Virus record (IMG/VR): IMGVR_UViG_3300022747_000019
Location: 1-61,073 of that record
Reading direction: 5' to 3' (one strand)
DNA length: 61,073 bases
Origin: a virus
Lineage: Duplodnaviria; Caudoviricetes
The notes below the pieces were generated by a model that had not been told where the DNA came from, did not search any database, and saw nothing but the letters and a program-made list of their open reading frames with translations. Each line of letters begins with the position of its first letter. The stretch's first letter is position 1. The translations under genes were made by a program, and so were the position numbers. Positions 47,442-58,754 of this stretch are shown in pieces.

Positions 47442-48056
47442 ATGAAAAAACGAAGTATACTTGACCCTAAGCTGTTCCAAGAGGACGGTAGTAGCAATAG
47501 CTTTACTAAAACAGTAGCAAGAACTCATGAATTCTACCTAAGCGGCCCTATTGAGGACGCAGAGAATTATATTGATTGGTTTGATACCATTCGTAATGCT
47601 AGTAGTAATGATGCTATCCGTATTTACATTAACTCACCTGGTGGCGATCTTTATACTACGCTACAGTTTTTACGAGTTATGAGTGATACAGAAGCCCATG
47701 TAACTACTAGTGTTGAAGGCGCTTGTATGAGTGCCGCAACTATGATCTTCTTGCATGGACACGCACAAGAAGTAACTCCACACAGCCTGTTTATGTTCCA
47801 CGATTATTCTAGTGGCACTTTTGGCAAAGGTGGAGAACAGTATGACCAGATTCAGTTTGAACGTCAATGGTCTAAGAAATTTATGTCGGAAGTTTATAAA
47901 GACTTCTTGACCGACTCCGAAATCGAATCCATGATGCACAATAAAGACATTTGGATGGATTCTGACGAAGTAGTCAAGCGTTTAACTACGCTCGCTGAAA
48001 AGCGAAACAAAGATTTGGGTGATGATGCAGCTGGGAAGGCCGGCGACCAGCCTTGA
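47442..48056 (+). CDS. ClpP-like protease
   Basis: IYINSPGG, ACMSAATMI, FMFHD, KDIWM. Confidence 0.85.
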   Translation: MKKRSILDPKLFQEDGSSNSFTKTVARTHEFYLSGPIEDAENYIDWFDTIRNASSNDAIRIYINSPGGDLYTTLQFLRVMSDTEAHVTTSVEGACMSAATMIFLHGHAQEVTPHSLFMFHDYSSGTFGKGGEQYDQIQFERQWSKKFMSEVYKDFLTDSEIESMMHNKDIWMDSDEVVKRLTTLAEKRNKDLGDDAAGKAGDQP

Positions 48057-48110
48057 AAACTGGGTTCTTGTGAAGAGCAGGATGGGGTTCGACTCCTCCG
48101 TCACCCGCCA
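48017..48110 (+). tRNA. tRNA-Ser(TGA), overlapping the ClpP-like gene 3' end
   Basis: GGGTGAT/GTCACCC, CTTGAAA loop, variable arm, GCCA. Confidence 0.8.
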
Positions 48111-48116
48111 TATATT

Positions 48117-48275
48117 ATGAAAAAATTTTGGAGATTATGGGCAAATGCTCTCGGCGCCAAAGCCGGAAAATCTGACAGTGAAGCCGATATGGTCGCTTAC
48201 ATCAGAACAGTAATTGTCCTTAGTTATATAGTCACTAACTGCTTTATTGTAGCAGGTGTTATAAGGCATTGGTAA
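48117..48275 (+). CDS. Small membrane protein (52 aa)
   Basis: Hand-translated MKKFWRLWANALGAKAG...VIRHW. Confidence 0.55.
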   Translation: MKKFWRLWANALGAKAGKSDSEADMVAYIRTVIVLSYIVTNCFIVAGVIRHW

Positions 48276-48794
48276 TGAGTGGAAAAGGTTCTGGTCGTAG
48301 ACCTACAGAAGTTGATGAAGATCAAGCAGCAGCTAATTGGGCCACTACTTTTGGAGAAACTTGGCTACAGCGTAAAGCACGTTTAGAGCGAGAAGCAAAA
48401 GAAAATGATACAGTTCAAGAATCTAAAGAAAGTAACTCTTGATTTTCAAGATAAGATTCCTAGCGGTAAGCTAAAAGACTGTAGAATTTGCGATGTTATT
48501 GAAGATCATTACGAGTACCTAATCTGGGCTAATCGTAACGGAATGCTTCACTACTCTAAACCAGTAATTGCTAAACTACACCAAGTTGCGGCATACCAAG
48601 AGAATCAAGAATATTTTGATAACGAAGTAGCTCCTTTTATGAAGGAAGACTATGAAGAATCAGACTACGATATTCAGATAGGTGATTTGGATGACGTCCC
48701 ATTTTAAATACGCAATGTTATTCCCTCCAACTGAGTTTTTACAGTGGAGTATAGACGAATACGGATTCGTCAGTGTTACTTATTTAGATTTTTC

Positions 48795-48869
48795 GCAGGA
48801 TTAATTCAGTGGTAGAATGTCTCGTTGCCAACGAGAATGTCATCGGTTCGAGCCCGATATCCTGCTCCA
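48795..48869 (+). tRNA. tRNA-Gly(GCC)
   Basis: TCTCG-TTGCCAA-CGAGA; TCCA. Confidence 0.88.
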
Positions 48870-48875
48870 CAATTC

Positions 48876-48951
48876 GCGGGTAAAGTGTTTACGGATACAC
48901 ACGAGTCTTCCAAACTTGAGTAGACCAGATCGTTACTGGCTACCCGCTCCA
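48876..48951 (+). tRNA. tRNA-Gly(TCC)
   Basis: CGAGT-CTTCCAA-ACTTG; TCCA. Confidence 0.85.
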
Positions 48952-48957
48952 ATTTAT

Positions 48958-49032
48958 GCCTCGTTAGCTCAGTGGTAGAGCTACGCCTTTACACGGCGAG
49001 GGTCGGCAGTTCGAACCTGTCACGAGGTACCA
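48958..49032 (+). tRNA. tRNA-Val(TAC)
   Basis: CGCC-TTTACAC-GGCG; CCA. Confidence 0.88.
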
Positions 49033-49528
49033 ATTCAACCACTAAAGACTTACTCCTGCGCAGGAACTCTAGGGGATGTGGCTTGAGGGAATACCCTGAC
49101 CCTCAATTTTATAAACTTGATTCAAATCCCCAAAGCAAGTATAATAATTACTTCTTTGGGGATTTTTCATTATGAACGATACACCTATTACTAACTTAGG
49201 CGAGTTTCTTAGACAGAGACTAATCGAGTCTATCGCCGAACAACGAATTAACGAACTGGATAATGAAATGAACATTATTAAAATTAACAACGAATCCACT
49301 ATGCACAGCGTTGTGCGTAATAAACAATATATTGTAGGTAGTTTTGCCCCAGGTGCGGGTGTTAGCTTTAATCCTACTCCTACAGTGCAGTATAGCATCG
49401 GACAAGCTCGTACTGAGTGCAAACGTCTTGCTAAACTGTATCCAGGTAAAACCTTCTTCTTCGTTAAGATGGAAGGTGCTGAAATGACTGTGGCTCAACC
49501 TCGCGAAGTATCAATCTAAGGAATTAAA

Positions 49529-49821
49529 ATGCGTAAGATTGTTATTGGAATGGATGCTGGAATGGCCGGTACTGATGCCTGGGAATTCTATGAAGTTCCG
49601 GACGATGTTACCGATGAAGAGCTGAGCGATTTTGCCTGGCAGTGTGGCAAAGACCATGCTGAAATGTATGGTATTTACCCCTGCACGAATATACCGACGA
49701 AGAAGTTGATGAAGATCCAGAATCTTACAGCGACAATATCGAAGGTTGGTGGGAAGAATACGATCCAGTTAAACATGATGGTCATACTACGACCGGAACT
49801 CCTGTGTGGAATCAATACTAA
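49529..49821 (+). CDS. Acidic hypothetical protein interrupted by a 1-nt frameshift near 49680
   Basis: Acidic composition continues in the -1 frame to a TAA overlapping the next ATG. Confidence 0.55.
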
Positions 49822-50360
49822 TGGCCAATATATTTTTTGCAAGCGATCATCATTTTGGCCATGCTAACATTCTCACCTTCAAACGTGATGATGGAACTCC
49901 GCTACGAGAGTTCACCGATATTGACCACATGAATGAAATTATCGTCCAGCGTCACAATCTAGTTGTGCGTCCAAACGATAAAGTGTATTTTCTAGGCGAT
50001 GTGGTTATGAGTAAGAAGTCTAGTGCTCTAGAGATTCTTGGCCGCATGAATGGCGAAAAAGTGCTCATTAAAGGCAATCACGATCAGTGTAAGCCAGAAG
50101 CATATCTAAAGTATTTTAAGGATATTCGTGGTAGTCATCAGTTTGAGGGTTTGATTATGACCCACATCCCAATTCATCCAGAATCTCTGGCTCGTTGGGG
50201 TTTAAATGTACACGGTCACCTTCACCACAATGTAGTGAAGCGAGAACTGTCGTATCTACCAGACCCACGCTATTTTAACGTGAGCATGGAACGAATCAAT
50301 TACACTCCAATCTCACTAGAAGAAGTTAAGAAACATGTTAGAATGTCTAATCCTAGGTGA
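49821..50360 (+). CDS. Metallophosphoesterase
   Basis: SDHHFGH, YFLGD, KGNHD, THIP, HGHLH. Confidence 0.88.
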   Translation: MANIFFASDHHFGHANILTFKRDDGTPLREFTDIDHMNEIIVQRHNLVVRPNDKVYFLGDVVMSKKSSALEILGRMNGEKVLIKGNHDQCKPEAYLKYFKDIRGSHQFEGLIMTHIPIHPESLARWGLNVHGHLHHNVVKRELSYLPDPRYFNVSMERINYTPISLEEVKKHVRMSNPR

Positions 50361-50727
50361 TAGTATTGCATACGGCATTGCCCAGCATCGACCCGAATGT
50401 GTAGCGTATGCACAAGTAGGTATCACTAGTAGTGGCTGGAATAATAAGTTCCTATCCAAAAAGCTAGATGCTAAGAATACAATCATTAGTCTTGGTACTA
50501 ATGATTACAATGCTTTTAAAAGTTTTGAAGAACTGTATGCGCTTCGTCAAAACTTGACAGGTAATGTAATCTGGATTCTTCCAGCGAACGGTACTGATCG
50601 TCAAACAGTAGTAGTAAAAGTGGCACATATGTTTGCTGATAGCACTATTGTTATTCCAGAACTATCTAAAGATAAGATTCATCCCACAGCTAGAGGGTAT
50701 AAGGATTTAGCACAACAAACGCGCTGA
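50335..50727 (+). CDS. SGNH/GDSL hydrolase
   Basis: GDSI, GTND, DKIHP. Confidence 0.8.
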   Translation: MLECLILGDSIAYGIAQHRPECVAYAQVGITSSGWNNKFLSKKLDAKNTIISLGTNDYNAFKSFEELYALRQNLTGNVIWILPANGTDRQTVVVKVAHMFADSTIVIPELSKDKIHPTARGYKDLAQQTR

Positions 50728-50743
50728 TAGCTTAATAAAAAGT

Positions 50744-50818
50744 ACGCCCGTAGTTTAAAGGGGAAACATTCGACTCATAATCGAACGAGTGCTGGTTCGA
50801 GTCCAGCCGGGCGTACCA
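50744..50818 (+). tRNA. tRNA-Met(CAT)
   Basis: TTCGA-CTCATAA-TCGAA; CCA. Confidence 0.85.
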
Positions 50819-50891
50819 CTTACCAAAATTTTGGTATTGACTTTTTGAGTTTTCTGCACTATAATATACGTATAGGTTTAAAAAGTATATT

Positions 50892-51512
50892 ATGGACAAA
50901 CGCCAAGCAATAGTAGAATCATTAGAGATCTTTTATCCAAATACTTCTAATATTTTGGATAAATATGCTAAATCTTGTAAAAAAGCATATATTAATTTTG
51001 ACTTCTTTATAGACATTATATGTAAAGAATCATATAATCTAAGTACCGATATGAGTATATCTGCAGGTACAGTGACTAAGTTAATGAAAGAGTTATTCCC
51101 TGACAGAATGACCGGAAATACTGGAAGTAAGCCACACGTACATATACTAGAAAAAGCAGAGTTAAAGTACTGTGCTAGGTGTAGTGAAGTAAAACCTTTT
51201 GAAGATTTTAGGAAAAATAAATCTCAAAGGCTAGGCTTAAATTCATATTGCAAAGTATGTCATCAAGAGACAACTACAAATACTCAGGCAGGTAGACAGT
51301 CTGAGTATAAAACTAATAAAATACAAAGAACAGTGTCTTGGTCGGAAGTAGAAGCTATAAAAATTTTCTATAATAATTGTCCAGAAGGGTATCATGTTGA
51401 CCACATACTACCATTAAACGGCAAACTTGTATCAGGGCTACACGTAATGAGTAACCTACAATACTTGCCTGCAGCAGAAAATTGCTCTAAAAGCAATAAA
51501 TACACAATATGA
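50892..51512 (+). CDS. HNH endonuclease
   Basis: YHVDHILPL...SGLHV..NLQ...EN..KSN plus Cys clusters. Confidence 0.85.
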   Translation: MDKRQAIVESLEIFYPNTSNILDKYAKSCKKAYINFDFFIDIICKESYNLSTDMSISAGTVTKLMKELFPDRMTGNTGSKPHVHILEKAELKYCARCSEVKPFEDFRKNKSQRLGLNSYCKVCHQETTTNTQAGRQSEYKTNKIQRTVSWSEVEAIKIFYNNCPEGYHVDHILPLNGKLVSGLHVMSNLQYLPAAENCSKSNKYTI

Positions 51513-53072
51513 CCAAGCCCCTCATATAGAGGGGCTTTTTCGTATGTATAAATATTCACTTGAAACAGTGAACACTTTTTGATATAATTATATTTTACCG
51601 CGCAATTAACAACAAGGAAACACATGAAATATTATTTTGGTAAAGTCTCGGAACGTGACGTAGAAATGTTCGGCAGTGACGATCTTTTCGAACACGATGG
51701 AGCTTACTATTACAATCAGATCGAAATTGGTTCTAACCCAGGTGGTACAGAAGACTTTATGATTTCTGATACCTGTGGTCGCAGTATTCCAATTAGTACC
51801 GATATGATTAGTTCTCTTGGTCGAGTACTGCTTGACATTAAAATGATGCTAGTTCAAATCCAAGAAGCCCAAGCCCTTCAAGACGATCTGGACGATGCAG
51901 ATGTTGTGGTAGTTTTTGAATAATTAGGAATATAATGGCAACCAAAGGAAAAGCAAAACCCGCCCCAGCAGCTAAGCCTACTGGAACACGTAAGAAACCG
52001 GTAACTCCATTTTGGTCACACACTATGATTCGTGAAGCCAAGCTGTTCAAGGAGTTTACTGGTAAGGTTGATCGTAACATCTTCTCTAGTACTGATTCTG
52101 TTCGTGCTAACGCGCGCCTCCACTCTACTCGTGCTGATTGGTCTCAGATTAAACTACCTGAGGGCAAGGTTAGTTTCACGCTCGGAGCGCGTGCACACGA
52201 CAAATATGGTAAATTGGTATGGGGTTGATTGAGTACTATCTTATCTTTGCCTTCACAACGTCAATCTTTGCATTGATTGACGTATTTGGCCCGATTCTAT
52301 CAAAGGCCAGAGAAGATGGCATTAGTAATGTACTCACTGAAAATCCGAAACTTTCGATTCTAGTATATTTGTGCATTACTACGCTAATCGCACCTCTAGT
52401 TATCCTACCACTACTTATTCCTAGCATGAATGCTAGGTTTAGGGATAGTCTAGCTACTACGGTTCGAGAACAAGAAAAAATTTAAATTTGCGCTGTTACG
52501 CGGTTTGCTATATAATATATACTTATTCAACGAAAAGAACATCATGAAAATCAAAGAATTTACCTACACTAAACCCAATGGCGAAGTTTCTCAACGTACC
52601 CTCGTTGAGCTGGTTTCTCCAACTGAGCATATCGAAGGTATTGATGTTAGCGGTCTGGATATGGATAGCTATGCTGAGTTTACTAAGAAACTTAATGCTC
52701 TGGAAAATCTTATTACTGAGCAACGCATGGCGCTTTATGCCGAATTTGACCTTAGCCACAACTACCGTCGTTTCGTGCCTAGCCGCATGACTAATGTCAC
52801 CACTGAGTATGCGTAAATTTAGAATTTGGGATTCGGCCAAATTAGCTAAGAATCTCAAGATAGCAATTCAGATACGAGCAAAAATACAAGAAATTGCAAT
52901 AGAGTCTAAGGTTCCAATTAATGAAGTTCCTCAGTCTCTGGTTCCCACATCTACATTATACGACTTGACTGTATGCTATGAAGCGTTGTATAATAAACTT
53001 TTAGATTTAGATCTAGTAGAAACCGGCGATTTCAAACAACCCAACAAAAATAATTTACACTAAGGAAATAAA

Positions 53073-53438
53073 ATGGCAGCCACTTGGACTGATGAACTGA
53101 AACAAGACGTTATCGCTAAATACGAGGCCGCAGGTCCTACTCCTGAGAACTCGACTGAAATTATCAAAGACATTGCAGAAGAAATCGAAATGAGCCCTAA
53201 CGGTGTTCGTATGGTTCTTGTGCAAGCAGGCGTATATGTTAAGAAAGATGCAAGCGCATCTACTAGCAAAACTACTGCTAAGAAAGAAGGCGGCGAAGGC
53301 ACTAAGCGTGTCTCTAAAGAAGCTGCTATTGCTGAACTGCGTGAAGCTATCGAAGAAGCTAATAAGCCTGTTGACGACGACATTCTGTCTAAGTTGACTG
53401 GTAAGGCCGCTGTATACTTCCTGTCCGTTCTCAAGTAA
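53073..53438 (+). CDS. T5 D3-like protein
   Basis: WTDEL...PNGVRMVLVQAGVYVKK...KLTGKAA. Confidence 0.7.
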   Translation: MAATWTDELKQDVIAKYEAAGPTPENSTEIIKDIAEEIEMSPNGVRMVLVQAGVYVKKDASASTSKTTAKKEGGEGTKRVSKEAAIAELREAIEEANKPVDDDILSKLTGKAAVYFLSVLK

Positions 53439-53777
53439 TCTAGGCGGCTTCGGCCGCCTTTTCTATTATGGAATACATAAAATTTAAAGTAAAACATACA
53501 GATATTACCACTAAGGACTATTCTAATCGAATTACGACGGGCCCACAAGTACAAGATCCAGAGCTTTGGATACTTGCTGAGAATAGTGGTGCAGTATTGG
53601 TATTTCCAGATAGAATGTACTGCTGGGTTGGTAATAATACTTTGCAGTACTTAACTGAAATTAAGGGATCTAATGATCCAGTTCCCGTATCGCAAGGTAT
53701 TGATGGTAATATTTTGTTAAAAGCAATAGCTATTGCTCAAGACCCAACTCTAGCAATGCAACTAATTAAGGAATAAT

Positions 53778-54404
53778 ATGGCAACAAGAAAGCGTAGTGA
53801 ACTTGAAGAAGAATTGATGACTGATGCTAATATCAGCAAAGTAATTCGTCTGCTCGAACCTCAAGAAGAAGGTGCAAAACCTATCACTAAAAAGGATGCG
53901 TGTGCTATGCTTGGCATGGCGTATAACACTACGCGTCTTGGAACCATTATTGAGCAATTCAAAGATCGTCAAGCTAAATCAGCTAAGCGACGTGCTGAGT
54001 TGCGAGGTAAACCTGCCACCAAAGAAGATACCGTATTCATTATTAGTGAATACTTGAGTGGCGAAACTGTAGACGGTATTTCTAAAATGACTTATCGTAG
54101 TCCAGCTTTTATTAAGCGTCTTCTAGAAGAAAACAATGTGCCTATTCGCGTTCCTGGGCATAGTTACTTCGACCCTCAACTGGTGCCAGAGGGCGCAGTG
54201 CGCGAACGCTTCAAAGTAGGCGAAGTCGTATATTCTGCGCGATACGACAGCACTGCCCGTATTGAGGCAGAACAAACACATCCCAAATATGGTTTTATTT
54301 ATCGTGTTTGGCTGTTAAGTGATAAGTGGCTACAAGCCGCATGGCAAGAAGCCTACGAGTTGGCTTCACTGGAACATCTTCGTGAACTCGGTGTACGTAT
54401 TTAA
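53778..54404 (+). CDS. T5 D5-like DNA-binding transcription regulator
   Basis: TKKDACAMLG...EYLSGE...YRVWLLS...YELASLEHL. Confidence 0.75.
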   Translation: MATRKRSELEEELMTDANISKVIRLLEPQEEGAKPITKKDACAMLGMAYNTTRLGTIIEQFKDRQAKSAKRRAELRGKPATKEDTVFIISEYLSGETVDGISKMTYRSPAFIKRLLEENNVPIRVPGHSYFDPQLVPEGAVRERFKVGEVVYSARYDSTARIEAEQTHPKYGFIYRVWLLSDKWLQAAWQEAYELASLEHLRELGVRI

Positions 54405-54417
54405 TTAAGGAAATAAA

Positions 54418-55263
54418 ATGTTTGGTTTGTTTATTACTATTGTGATTGCACTAGCTATTCTAGTATCTATCTGGATTCTGTTTGGTCAGAAAACTCTGGG
54501 CGTTGCCACAGGCACGCTTTTCTTTGTAATTGCAATCGCTGTGCAAAGTTTTACAGTTATCTCTGCCGGTCATACTGGTGTGCAAGTAACTCTTGGTGAA
54601 GTTAATCCTAATCCGCTAACTGAAGGTGTTCACTTCGTGAATCCTATTAGTTCTGTGAAGGACATTGACGTTCGTGTTCAAAAAGCTCAACTGACTGGTG
54701 CTAGTGCAGGTACTAAAGATTTGCAACAAGTTCATACTGATATTGTGGTTAACTACCGCATGAGTCCTAAGAATTTGCCACATATCTATAAAGAGTTTGG
54801 TCTAGATATTGACAATAAAATTCTTGGCCCAGCTATTAACGACGCTTTCAAAGCAGTAACAGGTCACTTCACTAGCGAAGAACTTATTACTAAACGTGAT
54901 GAAGTGTCTACAGGTATTCTACAACATTTAAGTGCCAAGGTTGCTCCATTCAATATTGAAGTATCTAACATTAGCTTGGTAAACTTTGGCTTTAGTGCCG
55001 AATATCAGAAAGCTATTGAAGCTAAAGTTATCTCTACCCAACAAACTGCTAAAGCTCAACAAGACTTGGAACGTATCAAAATTGAAGCCGCTTCTCGTGT
55101 TGCACAAGCTAAGGGTGAGGCCGAAGCTATCGCTATTCAAGCACAAGCTATTCAGTCTAATGGTGGTCAAAACTACGTTCAACTGCAGTGGATTGAAAAA
55201 TGGGATGGTAAGCTTCCAAGCACCGTTCTTGGAGACAAAACATCTTTTATGATGAGCAAGTAA
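54418..55263 (+). CDS. SPFH/prohibitin (band 7) membrane protein
   Basis: N-terminal TM segments, EGVHFVNP, AIEAK, EKWDGKLP. Confidence 0.88.
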   Translation: MFGLFITIVIALAILVSIWILFGQKTLGVATGTLFFVIAIAVQSFTVISAGHTGVQVTLGEVNPNPLTEGVHFVNPISSVKDIDVRVQKAQLTGASAGTKDLQQVHTDIVVNYRMSPKNLPHIYKEFGLDIDNKILGPAINDAFKAVTGHFTSEELITKRDEVSTGILQHLSAKVAPFNIEVSNISLVNFGFSAEYQKAIEAKVISTQQTAKAQQDLERIKIEAASRVAQAKGEAEAIAIQAQAIQSNGGQNYVQLQWIEKWDGKLPSTVLGDKTSFMMSK

Positions 55264-55945
55264 TATGGACTTAGCACTACTTATATATGGAATCAGTGTA
55301 CTAGGTTCCATCATCCCAATCTTAGGCATTCTAGTAGGTATTTCAGGAGCTGCGTGTTTGGGGTTACTGATCTACTTATCAGATACCTATGAGTCGCAAA
55401 CAGAGAAGAAAGCCTGGGCATGGAAGCGTATCAAATTTTGGTTTGGTACAGGCATATTTATACTTTTTGTTATGGCGTTACTTCCTAGTGAAAAAACTGC
55501 TTATACTATGGTAGGCGCTTATGCCGCACAAAAAGTCGTTGAAAACGATAAAGTGCAGGAAATGTCTGGTAAAGTTCTAAAAGTTATTGAGCAGAAACTT
55601 GACGGCTATATTGAAGAAGGCGTAGAAGCAGCTAAGCAAGCAGTTAAAGAGAAAGTCTCAAAATGAGACACTGGCTTTTTGCAGAGCCAGCAGGTGAGAG
55701 TAGCGAACCCGTCTGGATGATATATTCAGACGACGCTATTCTTGCCACTTACTGGAATCATTGGGTATCCAAAGGTATGGAATATAACCAAGCTAATGGC
55801 CTAGACCTGGGGGCCGGACTTAACCCACTTCGTTGCATTGATGATTGGGTAGTTATACATTGGGCAGTACCAGCAACTCCGGAGAACCTACTTAACATTA
55901 TCTCGGCGCCAAAACCCGAATTAATTTGAATCTGAAGGATTACGT

Positions 55946-56242
55946 ATGGACGATAACATTCATTATAATAAGCTGATCGAAGAAAACATGGATAAAGGCT
56001 TTCAAGTGAGGCTAGTTATTAATGAGTTTCGTGACGTTCAGTATATTCAGCTTAGAAAGTATTTCCTTACATACGAAGGAGATTGGCAAGCCAGTCGCGA
56101 AGGTATTAGTATCCCAGCTAGTATTGAAAACATTTATGGCTTACTAGATGGTTTACTAGATATTTGTGCTAAAGCTGAGGGCGAAGATATTATTCGGCAT
56201 TATGCTGCTAAAATTCTAAAAGACGAATCACAGGAAGTATGA
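55946..56242 (+). CDS. PC4-like ssDNA-binding protein
   Basis: EFRDVQYIQLRKYF...W..SREGISI. Confidence 0.65.
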   Translation: MDDNIHYNKLIEENMDKGFQVRLVINEFRDVQYIQLRKYFLTYEGDWQASREGISIPASIENIYGLLDGLLDICAKAEGEDIIRHYAAKILKDESQEV

Positions 56243-56367
56243 AAAATGAAAAGCCTAGCTAACGCTGGGCTTTTTGTTTTTTACACTTGACCCTAAACTG
56301 TCAAAGTTGTATAATATAATCTGATTCGATAATATTGTCGAGTCGCAACAACGAAAGGAGTTTTCGT

Positions 56368-57345
56368 ATGAAAAAAGAGTTTGGCGTCTTTATTGGACGC
56401 TTTCAGCCCTGCCATGAAGGTCACGTTCATGCGCTGGGTGTAGCCGCTAGTCAGGTAGAGACTTTGATTGTGTTGGTTGGTTCTGCTAACCGCGCTCGAT
56501 CAATTAAGAATCCTTGGACATATACAGAACGTGTGCAATTGCTTCGTAAGAAGTTGCGTACTGCTGGTGTAGAGAACGTGGATTTCATGCCTGTTAACGA
56601 CTACGCATATAATGATGAACAGTGGATTTCGGATGTTAAGGTAACAGTACGATCACGTACTATCTATACTCCAGTGCTGTTTGGGCATACTAAAGAAGGT
56701 AATAACTATCTCAAGTGGTTCCCAGAATGGGAATTCCGCGAGATTAATTCAGAGTATCAGATCAATGCAACGCAAGTTCGTACTGCAATGCTGAAATCAG
56801 AGCATCCCGATATGCCTGATACTGTGAAAGCTGACTGGAAGTTCTATGAGAAAGAGCGTGAGCTGTTTGCTAACTATCCTTTCCCAGAAACTCTTAACTT
56901 CAACTGTAGCGATGCAGTTCTAGTTTGCCAAGGTAAAGTTTTGCTTATTCAGCGTAAACACGCTCCAGGCCAAGGTGCTTGGGCATTGCCAGGCGGTTTC
57001 AAGAACGCTAAGGAAAATTTCCTAGATTGTGCTATCCGTGAGTTGCAAGAAGAAACTAATGTGCGAGTGCCTGAAAAGGTTCTTCGTGGTTCAGTAGTGA
57101 GTCAACAACTATTTGATTCACCTACTCGCAGTTTCGGTCTTCCACGTAACACAATGGCTGTACTAATTAAAGTCCAGCCTGACCCAGACGGCAAGCCTCC
57201 GCGTGCTAACGCGGCAGACGATGCTCAGCACACAGAGTGGGTTGATATTGTCGATGCACTCAACAATTACCGTCTGTATGATGACCATGCAGACATTATT
57301 TCCAAAATGACAGGCACAACTGCCTATCCAGCATTCATTTACTAA
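56368..57345 (+). CDS. nadM: Bifunctional NMN adenylyltransferase / Nudix ADP-ribose pyrophosphatase
   Basis: IGRFQPCHEGH, GSAN...KNPW, WALPGGF...RELQEET, ADDA. Confidence 0.9.
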   Translation: MKKEFGVFIGRFQPCHEGHVHALGVAASQVETLIVLVGSANRARSIKNPWTYTERVQLLRKKLRTAGVENVDFMPVNDYAYNDEQWISDVKVTVRSRTIYTPVLFGHTKEGNNYLKWFPEWEFREINSEYQINATQVRTAMLKSEHPDMPDTVKADWKFYEKERELFANYPFPETLNFNCSDAVLVCQGKVLLIQRKHAPGQGAWALPGGFKNAKENFLDCAIRELQEETNVRVPEKVLRGSVVSQQLFDSPTRSFGLPRNTMAVLIKVQPDPDGKPPRANAADDAQHTEWVDIVDALNNYRLYDDHADIISKMTGTTAYPAFIY

Positions 57346-57359
57346 GTAAGGAGCTTACT

Positions 57360-58754
57360 ATGAAATTCGCAAAAAACATCATTCTGAACACTGACAGTTA
57401 CAAAACTTCGATGTTCAAGCAATATCCTGCCGGTACTACTGGTGTATATTCTTATATCGAGAGCCGTGGCGGTCGTTATGACCAAACCGTGTTCTTCGGT
57501 CTTCAAGCCTTTATCAAGGAGTATCTGCTTGACCCTATTACGCAAGCCGACATTGATTTTGCGGGCGAGATTCTACAAGCCCACGGAGAGCCCTTTAATC
57601 GTGAGGGCTGGGAATACATTCTGCGTGAGCACAACGGATTCCTTCCCGTCGTTATTCGTGCAGTACCTGAAGGCACTGTGGTGGGTGTCAAAAACGTTCT
57701 GGCAACAATCGAGAACACAGATCCCAACTGCTTTTGGCTGACTACTTGGTTGGAAACCGCGTTGCTTCGTGCAATCTGGTATCCTACTACAGTAGCTACC
57801 CAGTCGTGGACTATTAAACGTGTAATCTTAGATTACCTGGAGAAAACTGGTGACCCTAGCCTTATTGATTTTAAACTGCACGACTTTGGCGCTCGCGGTG
57901 TATCTTCTATGGAGAGCGCTGGTATCGGTGGTGCCGCGCACCTCGTTAACTTTATGGGTACTGATACTATTAGTGGTATCCTCTTTGCTCGGGAGTATTA
58001 CAACACTTGCGTTGCTGGATTCAGTATCCCGGCCGCAGAGCACAGTACTATTACCAGCTGGGGACGTGATGGTGAAGTTGATGCATACCGAAATATGCTC
58101 AACCAGTTTGCCCGTCCAGCCAGTATCGTCGCCATTGTTTCAGACAGCTATGATATCTTCAACGCTGTCCGCAACCTCTGGGGCGAAGAACTGCGTCAGC
58201 AAGTAATTGACAGTGGTGCTACTATTGTTATCCGCCCAGACAGCGGCGATCCTTTGATTGTTAATCAACAATTGATCGAGATTCTAGGAGAGAAATTTGG
58301 ATACACAACCAACAGCAAAGGCTTCCGAGTCCTCAACAACGTTCGACTTATTCAGGGCGATGGTGTTAACGAGCTTACTATTCGTAGCATTCTCGGAGGG
58401 TTCATGGCTATGGGTTGGAGTGCTGACAATATTGCTTTTGGTATGGGCGGAGCCTTACTACAGCAAGTTGATCGCGATACTCAAAAGTTCGCAATGAAAT
58501 GCTCTAGTGCGGAAGTAAACGGAAAGTGGATTGATGTACAAAAAGATCCTGTCACTGATAGTGGCAAGAAGTCTAAAGCAGGCCGTGTTTCGCTTTGGGA
58601 ATCCGGCGGAGAGTACGTTAGTGCAGTTGATGCACCACGCACTTGGACTGATAGAGGGTTTGGTTGGAAAAATGCCCTGGAAACTGTTTACTGTGACGGT
58701 AAACTCGTAACTGAGTATACCTTCGATCAAGTACGTGCTAATGCTCGTGCCTGA
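57360..58754 (+). CDS. nadV: Nicotinamide phosphoribosyltransferase
   Basis: TDSYK, LHDFGARG, PAAEHS, IRPDSGDP, QGDG, FGMGG, KKSK. Confidence 0.95.
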   Translation: MKFAKNIILNTDSYKTSMFKQYPAGTTGVYSYIESRGGRYDQTVFFGLQAFIKEYLLDPITQADIDFAGEILQAHGEPFNREGWEYILREHNGFLPVVIRAVPEGTVVGVKNVLATIENTDPNCFWLTTWLETALLRAIWYPTTVATQSWTIKRVILDYLEKTGDPSLIDFKLHDFGARGVSSMESAGIGGAAHLVNFMGTDTISGILFAREYYNTCVAGFSIPAAEHSTITSWGRDGEVDAYRNMLNQFARPASIVAIVSDSYDIFNAVRNLWGEELRQQVIDSGATIVIRPDSGDPLIVNQQLIEILGEKFGYTTNSKGFRVLNNVRLIQGDGVNELTIRSILGGFMAMGWSADNIAFGMGGALLQQVDRDTQKFAMKCSSAEVNGKWIDVQKDPVTDSGKKSKAGRVSLWESGGEYVSAVDAPRTWTDRGFGWKNALETVYCDGKLVTEYTFDQVRANARA

